Positions 20,601-30,217 of a stretch of 64,000 bases of DNA are shown one piece after another. The position numbers and the translations under genes were made by a program. Position 1 is the stretch's first letter. Every line of letters starts with the position of its first letter. The notes beneath the pieces are model-generated. The model ran no database searches and had not been told where the DNA came from. It worked only from the letters and a program-made list of their open reading frames with translations. Source of the DNA: an uncultured virus (IMG/VR IMGVR_UViG_3300033148_007826) (lineage: Duplodnaviria > Heunggongvirae > Uroviricota > Caudoviricetes); the IMG/VR virus record IMGVR_UViG_3300033148_007826; one strand, given 5' to 3'.

Positions 20601-23260
20601 GGAATATCCACTATGTAGTCTGAGTTAGGTACGTCCTGATTTTCACCCATGTATATATCAGGGGTCGTCCAGTTGTCCCAGTAGTTGCCGCCCCCGAGTG
20701 GATAGGTCCGATTCCAGACGTTGTTTAAGCCGACATCAGTAGCCTGTATGGTGTTGCCGATGAAGTTGTTGTGATAGAAGGTGTTGTTTCCACCATTGAC
20801 ATCCACACCGATAGAACTGTTGGAGATATTGTTGTTGAAGAAGACGTTGTTGTATGAGTCGTTGACCCATATTGCGGCCACGTTGAAGTCATTGAAATCG
20901 TTGCCGTAGATTGTCGTATAGTTCGTTGTCCACATCTTCAGGCCGTGGTCCCAATGACCTGCGTGGTTCCCGGTGTCTGCGGTGTTATTCTTCCAAGTGC
21001 TGTATTCCACAGATTGAAGCCAGTTGGAACCAGCATTGCTCATGGTGTTATTTTCGATAGTTACGTTGTATCCCAGATGGATATAAACATCCGTACCCGT
21101 GGAAAAAGTATTGTCGCTGAAAGTGCATCCAATAATTTTTGAATCCCACCACCCGATGCCGTAAATTCCGTCCACACTGTTGTTGACGATACGGCAATTA
21201 CGGATAGTGATGTTGTTGCCATGATACTGTGCTGTCGGTGCCGTTGCCGGAGCAATCCCATAGGTTCCATTATGGATATTGCATTCCTCAATAGTGATTC
21301 GACTGTTGCCCCCGGCCCCATAATATATCTTGATGGCTTCTGTCCAATCTTGTAATTCTGTCTGTAGAATAGTTACATCTTGCGAGGACGTTATTTCTAT
21401 CCCGTAAATACCATCATCTGCATTGGAGTAAATGTAGCTATCGTAGATGCTGATGTTGTTGCTGGATTGAATGTTTATGCCGTACAGGGCCGGGCTTTCA
21501 GCTTCTATGGTCATCTGGGAGATGTTGACTATCTTCCTCGAAATGATGTGTAGGGCATCCGAGGAATCAAGGTCTATCTTGAAGTTCGTCAGATTGACAT
21601 AACCGCTGTTGAGCGTTAATATGCCATCATCTGTGAAGTTCATCACGGAGGTCGTACCGTTGCCAATGATACTCACACGGTTACCAATCGGTACGGTGCA
21701 GTTCTGGTGGAACGTTCCATTCCAGATATAAACGGTGTCCCCATCAACAGTGGCATTGAGAGCATCGTAGAGACTGTTGTAGCCAGCGGCACTACCCACC
21801 GGACCAACCGTTAGCTCAGGAGGTAATATCGGCGGGTACAGCGTTACGAGAGGGTAGTAATCTACTGAACCCGCACTTCCCAATAATGATGTCGAGTTGT
21901 CTACAATATTATCTGAACCGAGAACGTCCTGATTCACACCACTATACAAGTCAGGCGTTGTCCAGTTGTCCCAGTAGTTACCACCACCAAGGGCGTAGGT
22001 CTGGTTCCAGACGTTATTCGTCCCATTGTCGATGGCGTGGATGCCGTTCCCAACTAAGTTGTTCCAGTAGATAGAGTTGTTGGCACTCCCATACCATGCC
22101 CCGATGCCAATCGTGTTGTTTGAAACCGTGTTGGCATATATCGTGTTGTTGTGGGAGCTGTTGATGTATAATCCATAATGGAGCATATCGTTCCACGAAT
22201 TATCATAGATTGATGTCCATGATGTGTCGAGGATTCTCAGCCCGAAATCGTAATTACCCGCATGATTGCCTGAATCAATTGTGTTGTTCTGGAAGACACA
22301 GTTTTGCGCCGTATCGAACCAGTTAGAGCCAGCGTTGACCATGGTGTTGTTCTCCACCGTGAAATAAGTGACAGTATCGAGGTACACATCTGTCCCATAA
22401 ACCGGGGTGTTACTGCGGAAGTAGGTATCCGATAAAATCGCATAATCCACCCCGATAAGGTAACAACCATCGTTGGAATTGTTGTGTATGTAATTGTTTC
22501 TCAACGTCCAATTATCCCCATGATGGGTCGGCCCGATGCCAGGATTACATTCGATTCCGAAACCATTGTCCCAGACGATGCTATCCTCAATTATCATGCG
22601 TGAGGTATCCCCCAACGAGTTATCAATGAATATGCCCCTGTAAAAGCCATATACCTCCACGTTCTTGATGGAGAGGTCGTCACAGTCATCCACGAAAATG
22701 CCTTGCCAGCTATGTGCTGTGATAGTCGAATATACCGTCGTATTCTCCAATGATAGCCTATCGCAATTTTCTAATTTGAAACCTTGTGGGCTCGCACCAG
22801 GGCATCTGATTATTGTATCATTGAAATACACATCATCCGCATTCTGAATCGGAAGTGATATTCCAGTCGTTAAATTGATGCTCATCTCTGTCACGTTCAC
22901 AAAGTTCGCTGTAATCTTTAACTTCGCACCCGCCACAGAAACATCCAAGAATGTGTTCGCAGTTCCGTTTCCTTCTATTGTGACTTGCGTGGTGACAAAG
23001 ACATTGACTACATGAGAATATTCCCCATCCCAAACGTAGATGTTGTCCCCGTTCGCACTTGCGTTGAGGGCATCATAGAGGGTGTTGTAGTCAGCCGCAC
23101 CTCCAGTGGGACCAACGGTATGGTCAGCGGCTTGTGCCTCGGTTGATGCTATTGCCATTGCCAGAACGACCATTGCCATTATAGCCAGGAGAATGATTGA
23201 TATGTGCATGAACAGCCTGATATTCTTTTCTCTGACGATTCGATTATCCTGTTCTCTCAT
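17639..23260 (-). CDS. Giant right-handed beta-helix (NosD/CASH-like) surface protein, 1873 aa
   Basis: Parallel beta-helix repeats, duplicated GGGNYWDNWTTPD modules, C-terminal ELNKGSNLLTIP domain. Confidence 0.85.
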   Translation of the reverse strand: MREQDNRIVREKNIRLFMHISIILLAIMAMVVLAMAIASTEAQAADHTVGPTGGAADYNTLYDALNASANGDNIYVWDGEYSHVVNVFVTTQVTIEGNGTANTFLDVSVAGAKLKITANFVNVTEMSINLTTGISLPIQNADDVYFNDTIIRCPGASPQGFKLENCDRLSLENTTVYSTITAHSWQGIFVDDCDDLSIKNVEVYGFYRGIFIDNSLGDTSRMIIEDSIVWDNGFGIECNPGIGPTHHGDNWTLRNNYIHNNSNDGCYLIGVDYAILSDTYFRSNTPVYGTDVYLDTVTYFTVENNTMVNAGSNWFDTAQNCVFQNNTIDSGNHAGNYDFGLRILDTSWTSIYDNSWNDMLHYGLYINSSHNNTIYANTVSNNTIGIGAWYGSANNSIYWNNLVGNGIHAIDNGTNNVWNQTYALGGGNYWDNWTTPDLYSGVNQDVLGSDNIVDNSTSLLGSAGSVDYYPLVTLYPPILPPELTVGPVGSAAGYNSLYDALNATVDGDTVYIWNGTFHQNCTVPIGNRVSIIGNGTTSVMNFTDDGILTLNSGYVNLTNFKIDLDSSDALHIISRKIVNISQMTIEAESPALYGINIQSSNNISIYDSYIYSNADDGIYGIEITSSQDVTILQTELQDWTEAIKIYYGAGGNSRITIEECNIHNGTYGIAPATAPTAQYHGNNITIRNCRIVNNSVDGIYGIGWWDSKIIGCTFSDNTFSTGTDVYIHLGYNVTIENNTMSNAGSNWLQSVEYSTWKNNTADTGNHAGHWDHGLKMWTTNYTTIYGNDFNDFNVAAIWVNDSYNNVFFNNNISNSSIGVDVNGGNNTFYHNNFIGNTIQATDVGLNNVWNRTYPLGGGNYWDNWTTPDIYMGENQDVPNSDYIVDIPTSLLGTAGSKDYYPITQAYHLAQPPLMVTNENLSKGFASIQTAVTAASAGNVLRIFNGTWEYQNATINKSLHFYSFNRNGTIKNSTWNVSGATYLILNSIEFNGTHAIDGFNIDHCIVEMNDLYTWRFSEIFDIDSCTVTVTDSVFHGFVEGFDSTYSNYTVSDTSFIDGVAGAGNVSIRLVNGNLTMSDCYGNDTYPYLTSTQVLIDGYTGEHDISNSLMGQFTSTTGYINNTLAIDGQGWTVGSTCNISFYNATTNTVKGFSVGTNALCYIYDSDLSGASSLAISTFGSATYLKNTAIDTSKISFAGPPIFNNWVVYLDDTEITVPLNTNNMTFSEVDHTTTLPGNGTVELRVWNKTSTLMYYYSYNVSMNIAGTGWVQGEIQNLNVSNSTLVTPSAAGNYAWTEMMAGREYEIYFREIIITPDITLLWPEFSNMIILIESEGELNGTVNIIGEFLIRDSTIISSNATTINATGGNGTIDGTTMNNTGFEAHDITITITDFEAYNFWARSAYPYVITLYDCTLYGDNVTMRGIANGFYLENTGGTLLSADLDSALHGVWTENSNIELRYAVMTKASQAVTFRNSTVTSRSGDYGGFMPFVSRGTTFYSYGDLFHPEEGHPYTHSMKIDGTAQFTQSSLVTDRDGFMAVNANILMMGFNFSIPNNMVSWDLTDSQVFMVDNHHIAGYEMDSTSILGVGYTTTIEASFEPVLSQFKRNPTVDIGPLNNIQVDIEGESTDYGEFRTSSRGFIENQDILGWSFADSYNLSGGNRASYQDYPIITAYTIEDNGEYDRLEYNVTATYQGETLSRIGYSSTKADGIEFAFGSYNMELNKGSNLLTIPLNVEFTTLEFVQALHASGYNIITITSRVSGVYRTLYAGTPSSARGNITGGVPYFMFFNQSYVLPIAGDPLNSAPIIVGFNDFGFIPVLKTVQSDELFLYYELNTLTYKSADGVYRTILPGYESVTIPRGSAILVHSKIEQTLDL

Positions 23261-23264
23261 GTAA

Positions 23265-25139
23265 TCACACCCTCAAAACGTATGATATTTCGGAGTCTAT
23301 GTATAATGCCCCTGGCTGGATTGGGAAATCGGTAACCCCATATTCCTCGCCATATATCCTCCATTCGCCGTCAACAAGTCCACTAATGATAACTTCCCCG
23401 TCAATCTCTTGAGCCAGGTCAGAGGCCATTGTAGCGTCATTATAGCCGATAAGATTCATTCCGGGTAATAGCGTCACGAAATTCACTGTTGGGACCATTG
23501 CGTACTGATATGAACCCTCTGATGAGGCGAATACGATATACCCGACCCCGGCTTCGAGGTCGAAGTTGTTCTCGACGTTCTTTACTTCTCGGATATATGT
23601 GGTGTAAATGCCATTTGTTCCCCTTTTGGTTATGGTGTCCCCTCCGGTGATTTCTAGGAACTCGTCAGCAGTGATTCGTGGGCTTGATGGGAAGTTGAGA
23701 TAATTGTCCCCTATTTCTAGTGTGATTGTGTACTGTTCTTCCGATACGTCAGTGATGATTCGTGTGACACCTGAAATCGTGGTTCCGTTCACCGTACTGT
23801 ATGAGTCTCCAACCCTGTATCTGGTAAACAGTTGATGCTCGACTGGTGTGACAGTAATCTCGCCCCACAGCCATTCGCCCTCATCTATCTTCGCCTCAGT
23901 CCTCCCACCCACTTCTGGAGATTCAATCCTCAGCGTGGTTGCGTCAACATAGACGATGAGCGGCCTTTCGATGGTTTGATAAGACCCGGTTAAGCCGCCG
24001 CTATGGAAAGACTTAAGGAAATCACCCCATGCATAACGCTCGGCGAACTGATAGCTGTAGAACTCGCCCTTTATGTCATGCTGTAGTGGTACGAGGTACA
24101 CCGAGGTTCCTGTTCCGGGTCCATATGAGGAGTACATTGATACAATGGAATTATCCATCTCCGTCAATGTTAAGTCTATCTGGTTTCTGAAATTGACGTT
24201 CTGGGTGAGGGCTCTGATGTTTTCCAAGAAATGACCCGTATCTATGAAAGCGTGGGCAACGTTGTCACTGTCCTCGTATTTCAAGGTCTGACTATAGGCT
24301 GAACTGATTGTGGCCTGCCCCTCGTATTTTAGAAACTGAGTTGTCTCCACGAGTTGAGGCAGATAGTCGTTCAGGTAATTTTCCGATTCTATCGCAGTGA
24401 GGGTTGTTGGTACGGATATTGGCTGATAGAACTCCCGGTAGCTCTCGATGACCTCCCTGCACATATTAGCAGGCGTGGTGGTTCCGGTCACCTCGGCGCA
24501 GAAGTCATAGTTCCACCCGTCCCAAGGCTCGTAGTCCGGCGAGGCGATGATATAGTCGGCGTTGCGGGCATATTCGGTGAATACGGAAGTCATTCCCATC
24601 AGGCAGGCGTCAAAGCCCAGGATGTCGAAGTGCTGTCCAAAGAGTGCGCTCTCGATTTCCCCCGGCCCGAGCCTATCCTCATTACTGGTATCGTCGAAGT
24701 TGGAGCCCAGGAATCCAATTCCGTGGTTCCAAAGGACCAGCATGGTCTTATCTGCCGGATATTCTCTCTGGGCGGCCTTTACGAAGTCCTCAAGGGTATT
24801 TGGGTTTCCCATGTTCGGTTCAGAGGGCAACCCTAGTGAGCTTGTAGGCAGGACGACCTCTCCGCCCGAATCAATCTTGATGATGCTGGCTGGCTTTGCA
24901 TATAGGTCTTGATAGACAATCACGGTCACATCCTGTCCAATGGGCCGCATCTCGGATACGTCAATGTCGGCAGCGGATGGCCTGACCTGCCCGAAGACGC
25001 TGGATTGGATTCCCAGGTTGTTGTCAGCGGCCTGGTAGACCATCACGAGCCAGGTTGGGTTCTCAGAGTTCGTTACTGGAATGGTCGTTAGTAGAAGGAG
25101 TCCTATTGCAAGCACACATACACACTTCGAGATTTTCAT
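23265..25139 (-). CDS. Secreted clostripain-family (C11) cysteine peptidase
   Basis: WLVMVYQAADNNL, LWNHGIG (His), FDACLM (Cys); C-terminal LxxGxN domain. Confidence 0.85.
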   Translation of the reverse strand: MKISKCVCVLAIGLLLLTTIPVTNSENPTWLVMVYQAADNNLGIQSSVFGQVRPSAADIDVSEMRPIGQDVTVIVYQDLYAKPASIIKIDSGGEVVLPTSSLGLPSEPNMGNPNTLEDFVKAAQREYPADKTMLVLWNHGIGFLGSNFDDTSNEDRLGPGEIESALFGQHFDILGFDACLMGMTSVFTEYARNADYIIASPDYEPWDGWNYDFCAEVTGTTTPANMCREVIESYREFYQPISVPTTLTAIESENYLNDYLPQLVETTQFLKYEGQATISSAYSQTLKYEDSDNVAHAFIDTGHFLENIRALTQNVNFRNQIDLTLTEMDNSIVSMYSSYGPGTGTSVYLVPLQHDIKGEFYSYQFAERYAWGDFLKSFHSGGLTGSYQTIERPLIVYVDATTLRIESPEVGGRTEAKIDEGEWLWGEITVTPVEHQLFTRYRVGDSYSTVNGTTISGVTRIITDVSEEQYTITLEIGDNYLNFPSSPRITADEFLEITGGDTITKRGTNGIYTTYIREVKNVENNFDLEAGVGYIVFASSEGSYQYAMVPTVNFVTLLPGMNLIGYNDATMASDLAQEIDGEVIISGLVDGEWRIYGEEYGVTDFPIQPGALYIDSEISYVLRV

Positions 25140-25153
25140 CTGAATCACCCGGT

Positions 25154-25681
25154 CTAGCTATTATATGGGTCTTTCTCTTTCTTCCGCATTGCCATCAATA
25201 GGACGAAGGAAATGATGGCGATAATTACGATGACGAGGATGCCTATCAGCATTGAAGATGATGCCGTTTCCACCGGGGCCCTTGTCGGCCCTGCAACTCC
25301 GAGGACCATGTTGGTGTCGAGGTCGCCAGGTCGTGGATTCATCTGAGTGTCGTACCTCTGGACAGTAATCCATTTTGATGCCGTCAAGCCATCCTTAGTG
25401 GCAGTGACCTTGATTGTGTCGCCCTCATTGAACCCATTGCCCAGATTGATAAGCTCGGCGGAATAGGTTCCGTTCACTCCAGACTTATCCTCAGAGAACG
25501 GCGATGTGAAGGTTTCGTCCGTTCTTTGGTTGAACAACGTTATCGTAGCTCCCTGGACTGGGTTGCCTTCCTGGTCCGAGAGAATCCCTGCGATAACGTA
25601 GGGGTCTTGGCTTGCTGATACACTTCCGACTATCGTACTCATCATGAGTAGCGTCAATACGATGCAGAATAACCGCTTCAT
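25154..25681 (-). CDS. Carboxypeptidase-regulatory-like domain protein with TM anchor
   Basis: Signal peptide, DQEGNPVQGATITL, TM; class A variant promoter 25711-25736. Confidence 0.75.
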   Translation of the reverse strand: MKRLFCIVLTLLMMSTIVGSVSASQDPYVIAGILSDQEGNPVQGATITLFNQRTDETFTSPFSEDKSGVNGTYSAELINLGNGFNEGDTIKVTATKDGLTASKWITVQRYDTQMNPRPGDLDTNMVLGVAGPTRAPVETASSSMLIGILVIVIIAIISFVLLMAMRKKEKDPYNS

Positions 25682-25731
25682 ATGGTTCACCAATGTCCAA
25701 AACCATATAGATTATATAAATAGGTTTGGTT

Positions 25732-26112
25732 TCAATCCTCATCCATTCCTATGATGGTGATGTCCTCGGGGCCGACCACAATCTCCCCATAGAATACATC
25801 CACATTCTCAACACCCCTCTCAAGGACACCGGGTTTCAACCGGATGGATAGGATTCCCTCACATTCTCCAATCTCGTACTTTATACCCTCATCCTCATTC
25901 GCCATAATGCAATATTCTTCTGCCTCCCGTCTGTTATCTGTTATCCATATCCCTGGAACCGATGGAGGAACTGAAAAACCGTTCTGCATTATATTTCTGG
26001 CCCTATTCGATGACGTTCCATGATAGTAGGTTTTCTCTGTATCGAGAGGGAATGTGCATTTCTGCCTATGAGGATTCCATACCATGTCTTCGGGACATTC
26101 CTTTGGTTCCAT
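25732..26112 (-). CDS. ADP-ribosyltransferase-fold-like protein (YHGT motif) with N-terminal Cys-pair motif
   Basis: YYHGTSS...GF...GIWIT...EAEEY; start MEPKEC after GGAGGAG. Confidence 0.55.
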   Translation of the reverse strand: MEPKECPEDMVWNPHRQKCTFPLDTEKTYYHGTSSNRARNIMQNGFSVPPSVPGIWITDNRREAEEYCIMANEDEGIKYEIGECEGILSIRLKPGVLERGVENVDVFYGEIVVGPEDITIIGMDED

Positions 26113-26747
26113 CACTCCTCCAGCTCGTAGAAACAGAAGTCTTTGTTCGGCGGACACTTCCATGAGGTGAGCAATCCCGTTATCGCCATCGCCGTAAGCA
26201 TGAACTGTAGTCCGATTGAGATAGACCACCCGCTGATGTAATACTCTGTGTGGTTCGTCAATATCAAGCCCTCCACAATGAAGTCTGCGACGAGTGCCAA
26301 TACCCCAACAATCAGAGGAATCGAGGGCCGCTTTGATATTGAAACTCCCCAGATGCCCAGTATTATCAGTCCTGGCAAAAGTGTTGACCTGTGCCAGATG
26401 CAGTAAATAAGTAGAATGATGCCAACCGATGGCAGAGCGACGTAATCCAGTGCCTTCTTTCTCTGTGGTTCGTCCGAAATGGCATAGAGGGTCATCAAGA
26501 GTGCGGTCAGGAGAAAGCCTGCGGTGAAGTAGCCCATCAATATCTCGATTGGAATATCGAATACCATGAGCAAGCTCGTAACATCGTCGTAACTCCACGA
26601 GCCGTTCGATGTCCCCCATAATTCGATGGCGAGCCCGATGATGAATCCCACGATTCCCAGAAGCCAGCTCTCCTTTTTCTTTCGGATAAGGATTGTCACG
26701 GCGAATATGGTTACCATACAGGCTACAAAGAAGATTTGGTAAATCAT
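26112..26747 (-). CDS. Multi-pass membrane protein
   Basis: About 7 hydrophobic helices; class A promoter 26771-26792. Confidence 0.75.
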   Translation of the reverse strand: MIYQIFFVACMVTIFAVTILIRKKKESWLLGIVGFIIGLAIELWGTSNGSWSYDDVTSLLMVFDIPIEILMGYFTAGFLLTALLMTLYAISDEPQRKKALDYVALPSVGIILLIYCIWHRSTLLPGLIILGIWGVSISKRPSIPLIVGVLALVADFIVEGLILTNHTEYYISGWSISIGLQFMLTAMAITGLLTSWKCPPNKDFCFYELEE

Positions 26748-26853
26748 CAAGATAGAAAATCAGGTTAAATGTATATATAGATTTGTAATCAAATTTGAAA
26801 TTAAAGAAAGAAATAATAAAAAAGGAAAATGGTTATTACGGGGGGTTCGAAGT

Positions 26854-27189
26854 CTAGTTACAGTAATCCCGAACGTTCTCCTGCGCCTTCATCATCACCC
26901 ATAGCGAGTAGATGATGAAGATGACACCGAGAGCGAGGATTATCCAGCCCACCCAGAAGAAGTAGAACCCTACTGTCTCCATGGTGATTGCGAGCTGTTC
27001 CGTTGCCTCGACTCCGACATCTGCGGCCCTGCTTGAGACTTCTGCCGTGGACCAGTTCATCATGGCCCATCCGCCCCATACCAGTAGGCCCGCTATTATC
27101 GTAATGAAAATAGCGGCCACAAGGTTCTGAATACTGTTGCCCCTGGTATTCTTGGCTATCTTGCAACTCTGTTTCTTATCGGATTCCAA
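26854..27189 (-). CDS. Two-TM membrane protein
   Basis: TTG start after AGGTGA; class A promoter 27223-27243. Confidence 0.7.
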   Translation of the reverse strand: MESDKKQSCKIAKNTRGNSIQNLVAAIFITIIAGLLVWGGWAMMNWSTAEVSSRAADVGVEATEQLAITMETVGFYFFWVGWIILALGVIFIIYSLWVMMKAQENVRDYCN

Positions 27190-27293
27190 TGTGGTCACCT
27201 AATACTGAAAAATCGTAGAAAGTATAAATAGGTTTGTAATCAAAATTAATATGTCTTTGGAACGTTTTCTTCGCACTGGGTCTTTTCTTTCTA

Positions 27294-27482
27294 CTATGGA
27301 ACCCAAATCTCACATGGAACAGTTCGTGATGTTGTTGCCCTTGCATATTCGGATAGTGGAATCTTGGTATCAACGACAATGGTGCGTTCCTCATCTTCTA
27401 CTCGTATCCGTATCGTGTCTTCTCCTTTGCCCCCCTCAGCCAGAGAGATTGTAAGATGACCCTTCTTCCATTCTCTACTCAT
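27294..27482 (-). CDS. Small hypothetical protein
   Basis: MSREWKK overlapping upstream stop. Confidence 0.5.
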   Translation of the reverse strand: MSREWKKGHLTISLAEGGKGEDTIRIRVEDEERTIVVDTKIPLSEYARATTSRTVPCEIWVP

Positions 27483-27699
27483 CTGATTTTCCACCCTGTC
27501 CCTCAACGTTCTCCAGATTTGTCCAGCACCAATAGCTCCCTGTTCCAACCCAATGTACTTCTTCGCAATGTGGAAGTAGTGTATGATGGACCTTAACCCG
27601 TTGTCTGCGAGTAAGTGTATATTGTTTTCTGGATGGGTGCGTTGTATGAACTATCGCCCCCTTCTTGATTGTGATTTCGTCCCCTGGTTTGATGTTCAT
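27475..27699 (-). CDS. Small hypothetical protein
   Basis: ATGA overlap, GAGGAGG RBS. Confidence 0.6.
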   Translation of the reverse strand: MNIKPGDEITIKKGAIVHTTHPSRKQYTLTRRQRVKVHHTLLPHCEEVHWVGTGSYWCWTNLENVEGQGGKSDE

Positions 27700-27893
27700 T
27701 TTTCTTCCTCCTCAACGTCTTTCTTGGCCTTCTCGGACTGGTCAGCGTAATAAGAATAATCGCAATTCCAGCAGACATAATCTGAGACTGTTGGCGATAG
27801 TGGTATCCGTTCACACGGCTTACCGCAATGGGGACAGTTCCTTATCCCCTTCTCATTCTGACCTTCCTTATCCGATGTTTCTGGCTTCATCAA
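27696..27893 (-). CDS. Small zinc-ribbon protein
   Basis: CPHC...CWNC. Confidence 0.55.
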   Translation of the reverse strand: MMKPETSDKEGQNEKGIRNCPHCGKPCERIPLSPTVSDYVCWNCDYSYYADQSEKAKKDVEEEEK

Positions 27894-27925
27894 TTATCCA
27901 TACTCCTTGGGACTTTATATGGTTT

Positions 27926-28411
27926 TCACTCCACATCTGCGGAATTACCGCAGTTCCGGCAGATGTCTTTCCTTCCCTTGGGCCTTCCTTTCGCATCGCA
28001 CCTTCTCTTGCGTGTCTTCTTTGCCGGAATCGCCATCGAGATGTGACAGATGTTGCAGTGTAGGATGTCGGCCCCGCCGATGGGAAGCATCTCATACGGT
28101 TGCTTGCCGTAGTAATAGGGTCGTATCGTGTCTGCTGTAGCATCTATAGAATCCCCGCTTGCGGTGATTACTATTGATGCTTCAGAAACCTCAGTGACCT
28201 CGTAGGGAGTTCTACCCCATTCCTTGCCGTCGAACAGTTGAACAGCATCGCCGACTTTGATGCAGAACTTCACCGTGATTTCTCTTCGCTTTATCTTCAC
28301 CTCGAATGAGGACTTGATGCATTTCTTGGAGTGGTGATATTTTCCACACCAGTCGCATTCCTGCTTTCCGACTGGATGTGCCGAAGCTGGTTCTACCTTG
28401 GTTGCTTCCAT
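27926..28411 (-). CDS. Cys-rich hypothetical protein
   Basis: GGTGATACC RBS; several CxxC. Confidence 0.65.
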   Translation of the reverse strand: MEATKVEPASAHPVGKQECDWCGKYHHSKKCIKSSFEVKIKRREITVKFCIKVGDAVQLFDGKEWGRTPYEVTEVSEASIVITASGDSIDATADTIRPYYYGKQPYEMLPIGGADILHCNICHISMAIPAKKTRKRRCDAKGRPKGRKDICRNCGNSADVE

Positions 28412-28423
28412 GGTATCACCCGC

Positions 28424-29143
28424 TCACAGCTTGGCCTGGCCCTTTCCGATGAGTTCTTCTAGCTCGGCCTCGGCCTGCTGTATCTTGATGTTCTTCTTGT
28501 CCTCCATCTCCTTCCACTTCAAGGCGTTCTTCTTTATCTTCTTGAGCCTCTTGGCTGTGGACGCAGTATCGGATTGATGGTCCGGGTCGTCGTCAGGGAC
28601 GGCCACTGGCGTTACCCCAATCTTTTCGAGGTATTCCTTGACTGTATCATCGAGGAATGACTCGGGGACGATTATCTCTATCTTAGTCGGCTTGAAAGCA
28701 TAGAAGATGCCTGGGCTGGACTCTTCCCCCTCACCCAACGCCTCTGGGTGGGCGAACATGGTCCAGGTTTCCTGTAGCTTGAGGTCGCCTGGAATGAACG
28801 GGAGCCTCTTTGATACACCCATCTCGCCGCACTCGACGGCGAATTCCTTTGGGGTGGGGTAGTGCTTCTTGCCGACCCACATGAGGCCGACCTGCTTCTC
28901 GGTCTTCATGGGGCAATCGGCCATCACCGGGCACTTCTTACAGTCCTTGGTCTTGAAGAAGCCGACGGGGTTGGTCATCCATGTCCATGTCCTGTTCTGG
29001 GTGTATCCCAGGCCGCAGGTGGGACAGTTGTGGAGTTCGTAAGGGATGTTGGGGCATTCGAAGTCCATGCCCCCGCCGATGAGATACAATCCGCCTATCT
29101 TCCTGTAGCCACAGCCTCTTGGTTCTTCAACTGCCATTTTCAT
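28424..29143 (-). CDS. Phage-type Cys-rich hypothetical protein
   Basis: EPRGCGYRKIGGLYL N-terminus; coupled start. Confidence 0.7.
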   Translation of the reverse strand: MKMAVEEPRGCGYRKIGGLYLIGGGMDFECPNIPYELHNCPTCGLGYTQNRTWTWMTNPVGFFKTKDCKKCPVMADCPMKTEKQVGLMWVGKKHYPTPKEFAVECGEMGVSKRLPFIPGDLKLQETWTMFAHPEALGEGEESSPGIFYAFKPTKIEIIVPESFLDDTVKEYLEKIGVTPVAVPDDDPDHQSDTASTAKRLKKIKKNALKWKEMEDKKNIKIQQAEAELEELIGKGQAKL

Positions 29144-29301
29144 CCCTCCATATGGATTTCCTCGGTCACGACCACGGATGGCTCTCGCTTCTCAGGCATA
29201 CCGTGATGCTTCAGAACTGTCTCTAGCTCCTTCACGATTGTCTTCACTTTGTCTTCATCGCAGTGCAACACTATCACGAGCCTCTTCTCTATCTTGACCA
29301 T
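29140..29301 (-). CDS. Small hypothetical protein
   Basis: MVKIEK after AGGTGG RBS; fills gap in operon. Confidence 0.5.
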   Translation of the reverse strand: MVKIEKRLVIVLHCDEDKVKTIVKELETVLKHHGMPEKREPSVVVTEEIHMEG

Positions 29302-29302
29302 G

Positions 29303-30217
29303 TTATCCACCTTCCTTTTCTTCCGGTTCCCCGTATTTCTCCTTGAGGCGTTGGTATTCCGCCTGTTCTGCCTTTTCCTTCTGGAGTTCGGCTTCGACAC
29401 GCCTTTCCTGCTTTCTCGCCTCCACTTTATCGTGATGTTCCGCAACCTTGGCCTTCCAATTTGACCAGAGCCATTCCAACGGAAATTCCACCGAGTCTTC
29501 GTCATGGCCGCCGAAGCTCCATGATTCCTCCCAATGAGATGAGATGATGCCGTCTGAGATTGTCCAGTTTTTATAACTACGATTATTGCCAGGTTCCAGA
29601 GCCTTTGAGATGCCGAATATCAGTTTGTTCAGCCTGATTTTTGATGCAAGTAGCTCCCGTATCATTTCTTCCGTATAGGTTTCTGTCTCACCATCTGCCA
29701 TCTGGTCCGGCCTGTTCGGACCAACGCTTTCGAATTTAGGCCATGTGACCAGGCCGAAACTTTTGTACGACCCATCTGATTCCTCTGGGAAGAACTTCCC
29801 TGTGATGATGTCGCCGTTCCGAGATAATTCGAAGGGGATTATCTTTCCGATGGTCCCTTTTGGGATGTAGTCATTCCCATCCTTGGTCAATCGTACCCGG
29901 AACGTCTTGGCCAATTTCTCCGCATAGGAAGTTGGTGTTCTCTTTGGGGGCTTTGGCTCCCACTTGTCGAAGTCCACGCACTTGTCCTGAGACTTCCAGG
30001 CGCATTGCGCTCCGTGGGAACCCCTCTTGCACCCGGCACAGTTCTTCTCGTCATTAACTATCTGTGTGAGGGTCTTCTCTAGCATTCCGGCATTGTCTAA
30101 TGCCCATGCCAGGCAAACCGGGTTTTCAACATCACTATATCGGTCCAAATCGGCCCCAATTGCATTCAGTAGTAGATGAAGGGCCGATGTTGTTTCCTCA
30201 TTCAAAACCATCTTCAT
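29303..30217 (-). CDS. Hypothetical protein
   Basis: Long ORF, ATGA overlap. Confidence 0.7.
   Translation of the reverse strand: MKMVLNEETTSALHLLLNAIGADLDRYSDVENPVCLAWALDNAGMLEKTLTQIVNDEKNCAGCKRGSHGAQCAWKSQDKCVDFDKWEPKPPKRTPTSYAEKLAKTFRVRLTKDGNDYIPKGTIGKIIPFELSRNGDIITGKFFPEESDGSYKSFGLVTWPKFESVGPNRPDQMADGETETYTEEMIRELLASKIRLNKLIFGISKALEPGNNRSYKNWTISDGIISSHWEESWSFGGHDEDSVEFPLEWLWSNWKAKVAEHHDKVEARKQERRVEAELQKEKAEQAEYQRLKEKYGEPEEKEGG

Noticed and set aside
66..25091. Numerous plus-strand and nested ORFs in the ORF track
   Set aside because: Shadows of long minus-strand genes, without RBS or promoter and with atypical composition
26113..26619. N-terminal 169 codons of the 295-aa ORF
   Set aside because: Overlap a convincing membrane-protein gene; real start is probably 26112 after GGAGGAG
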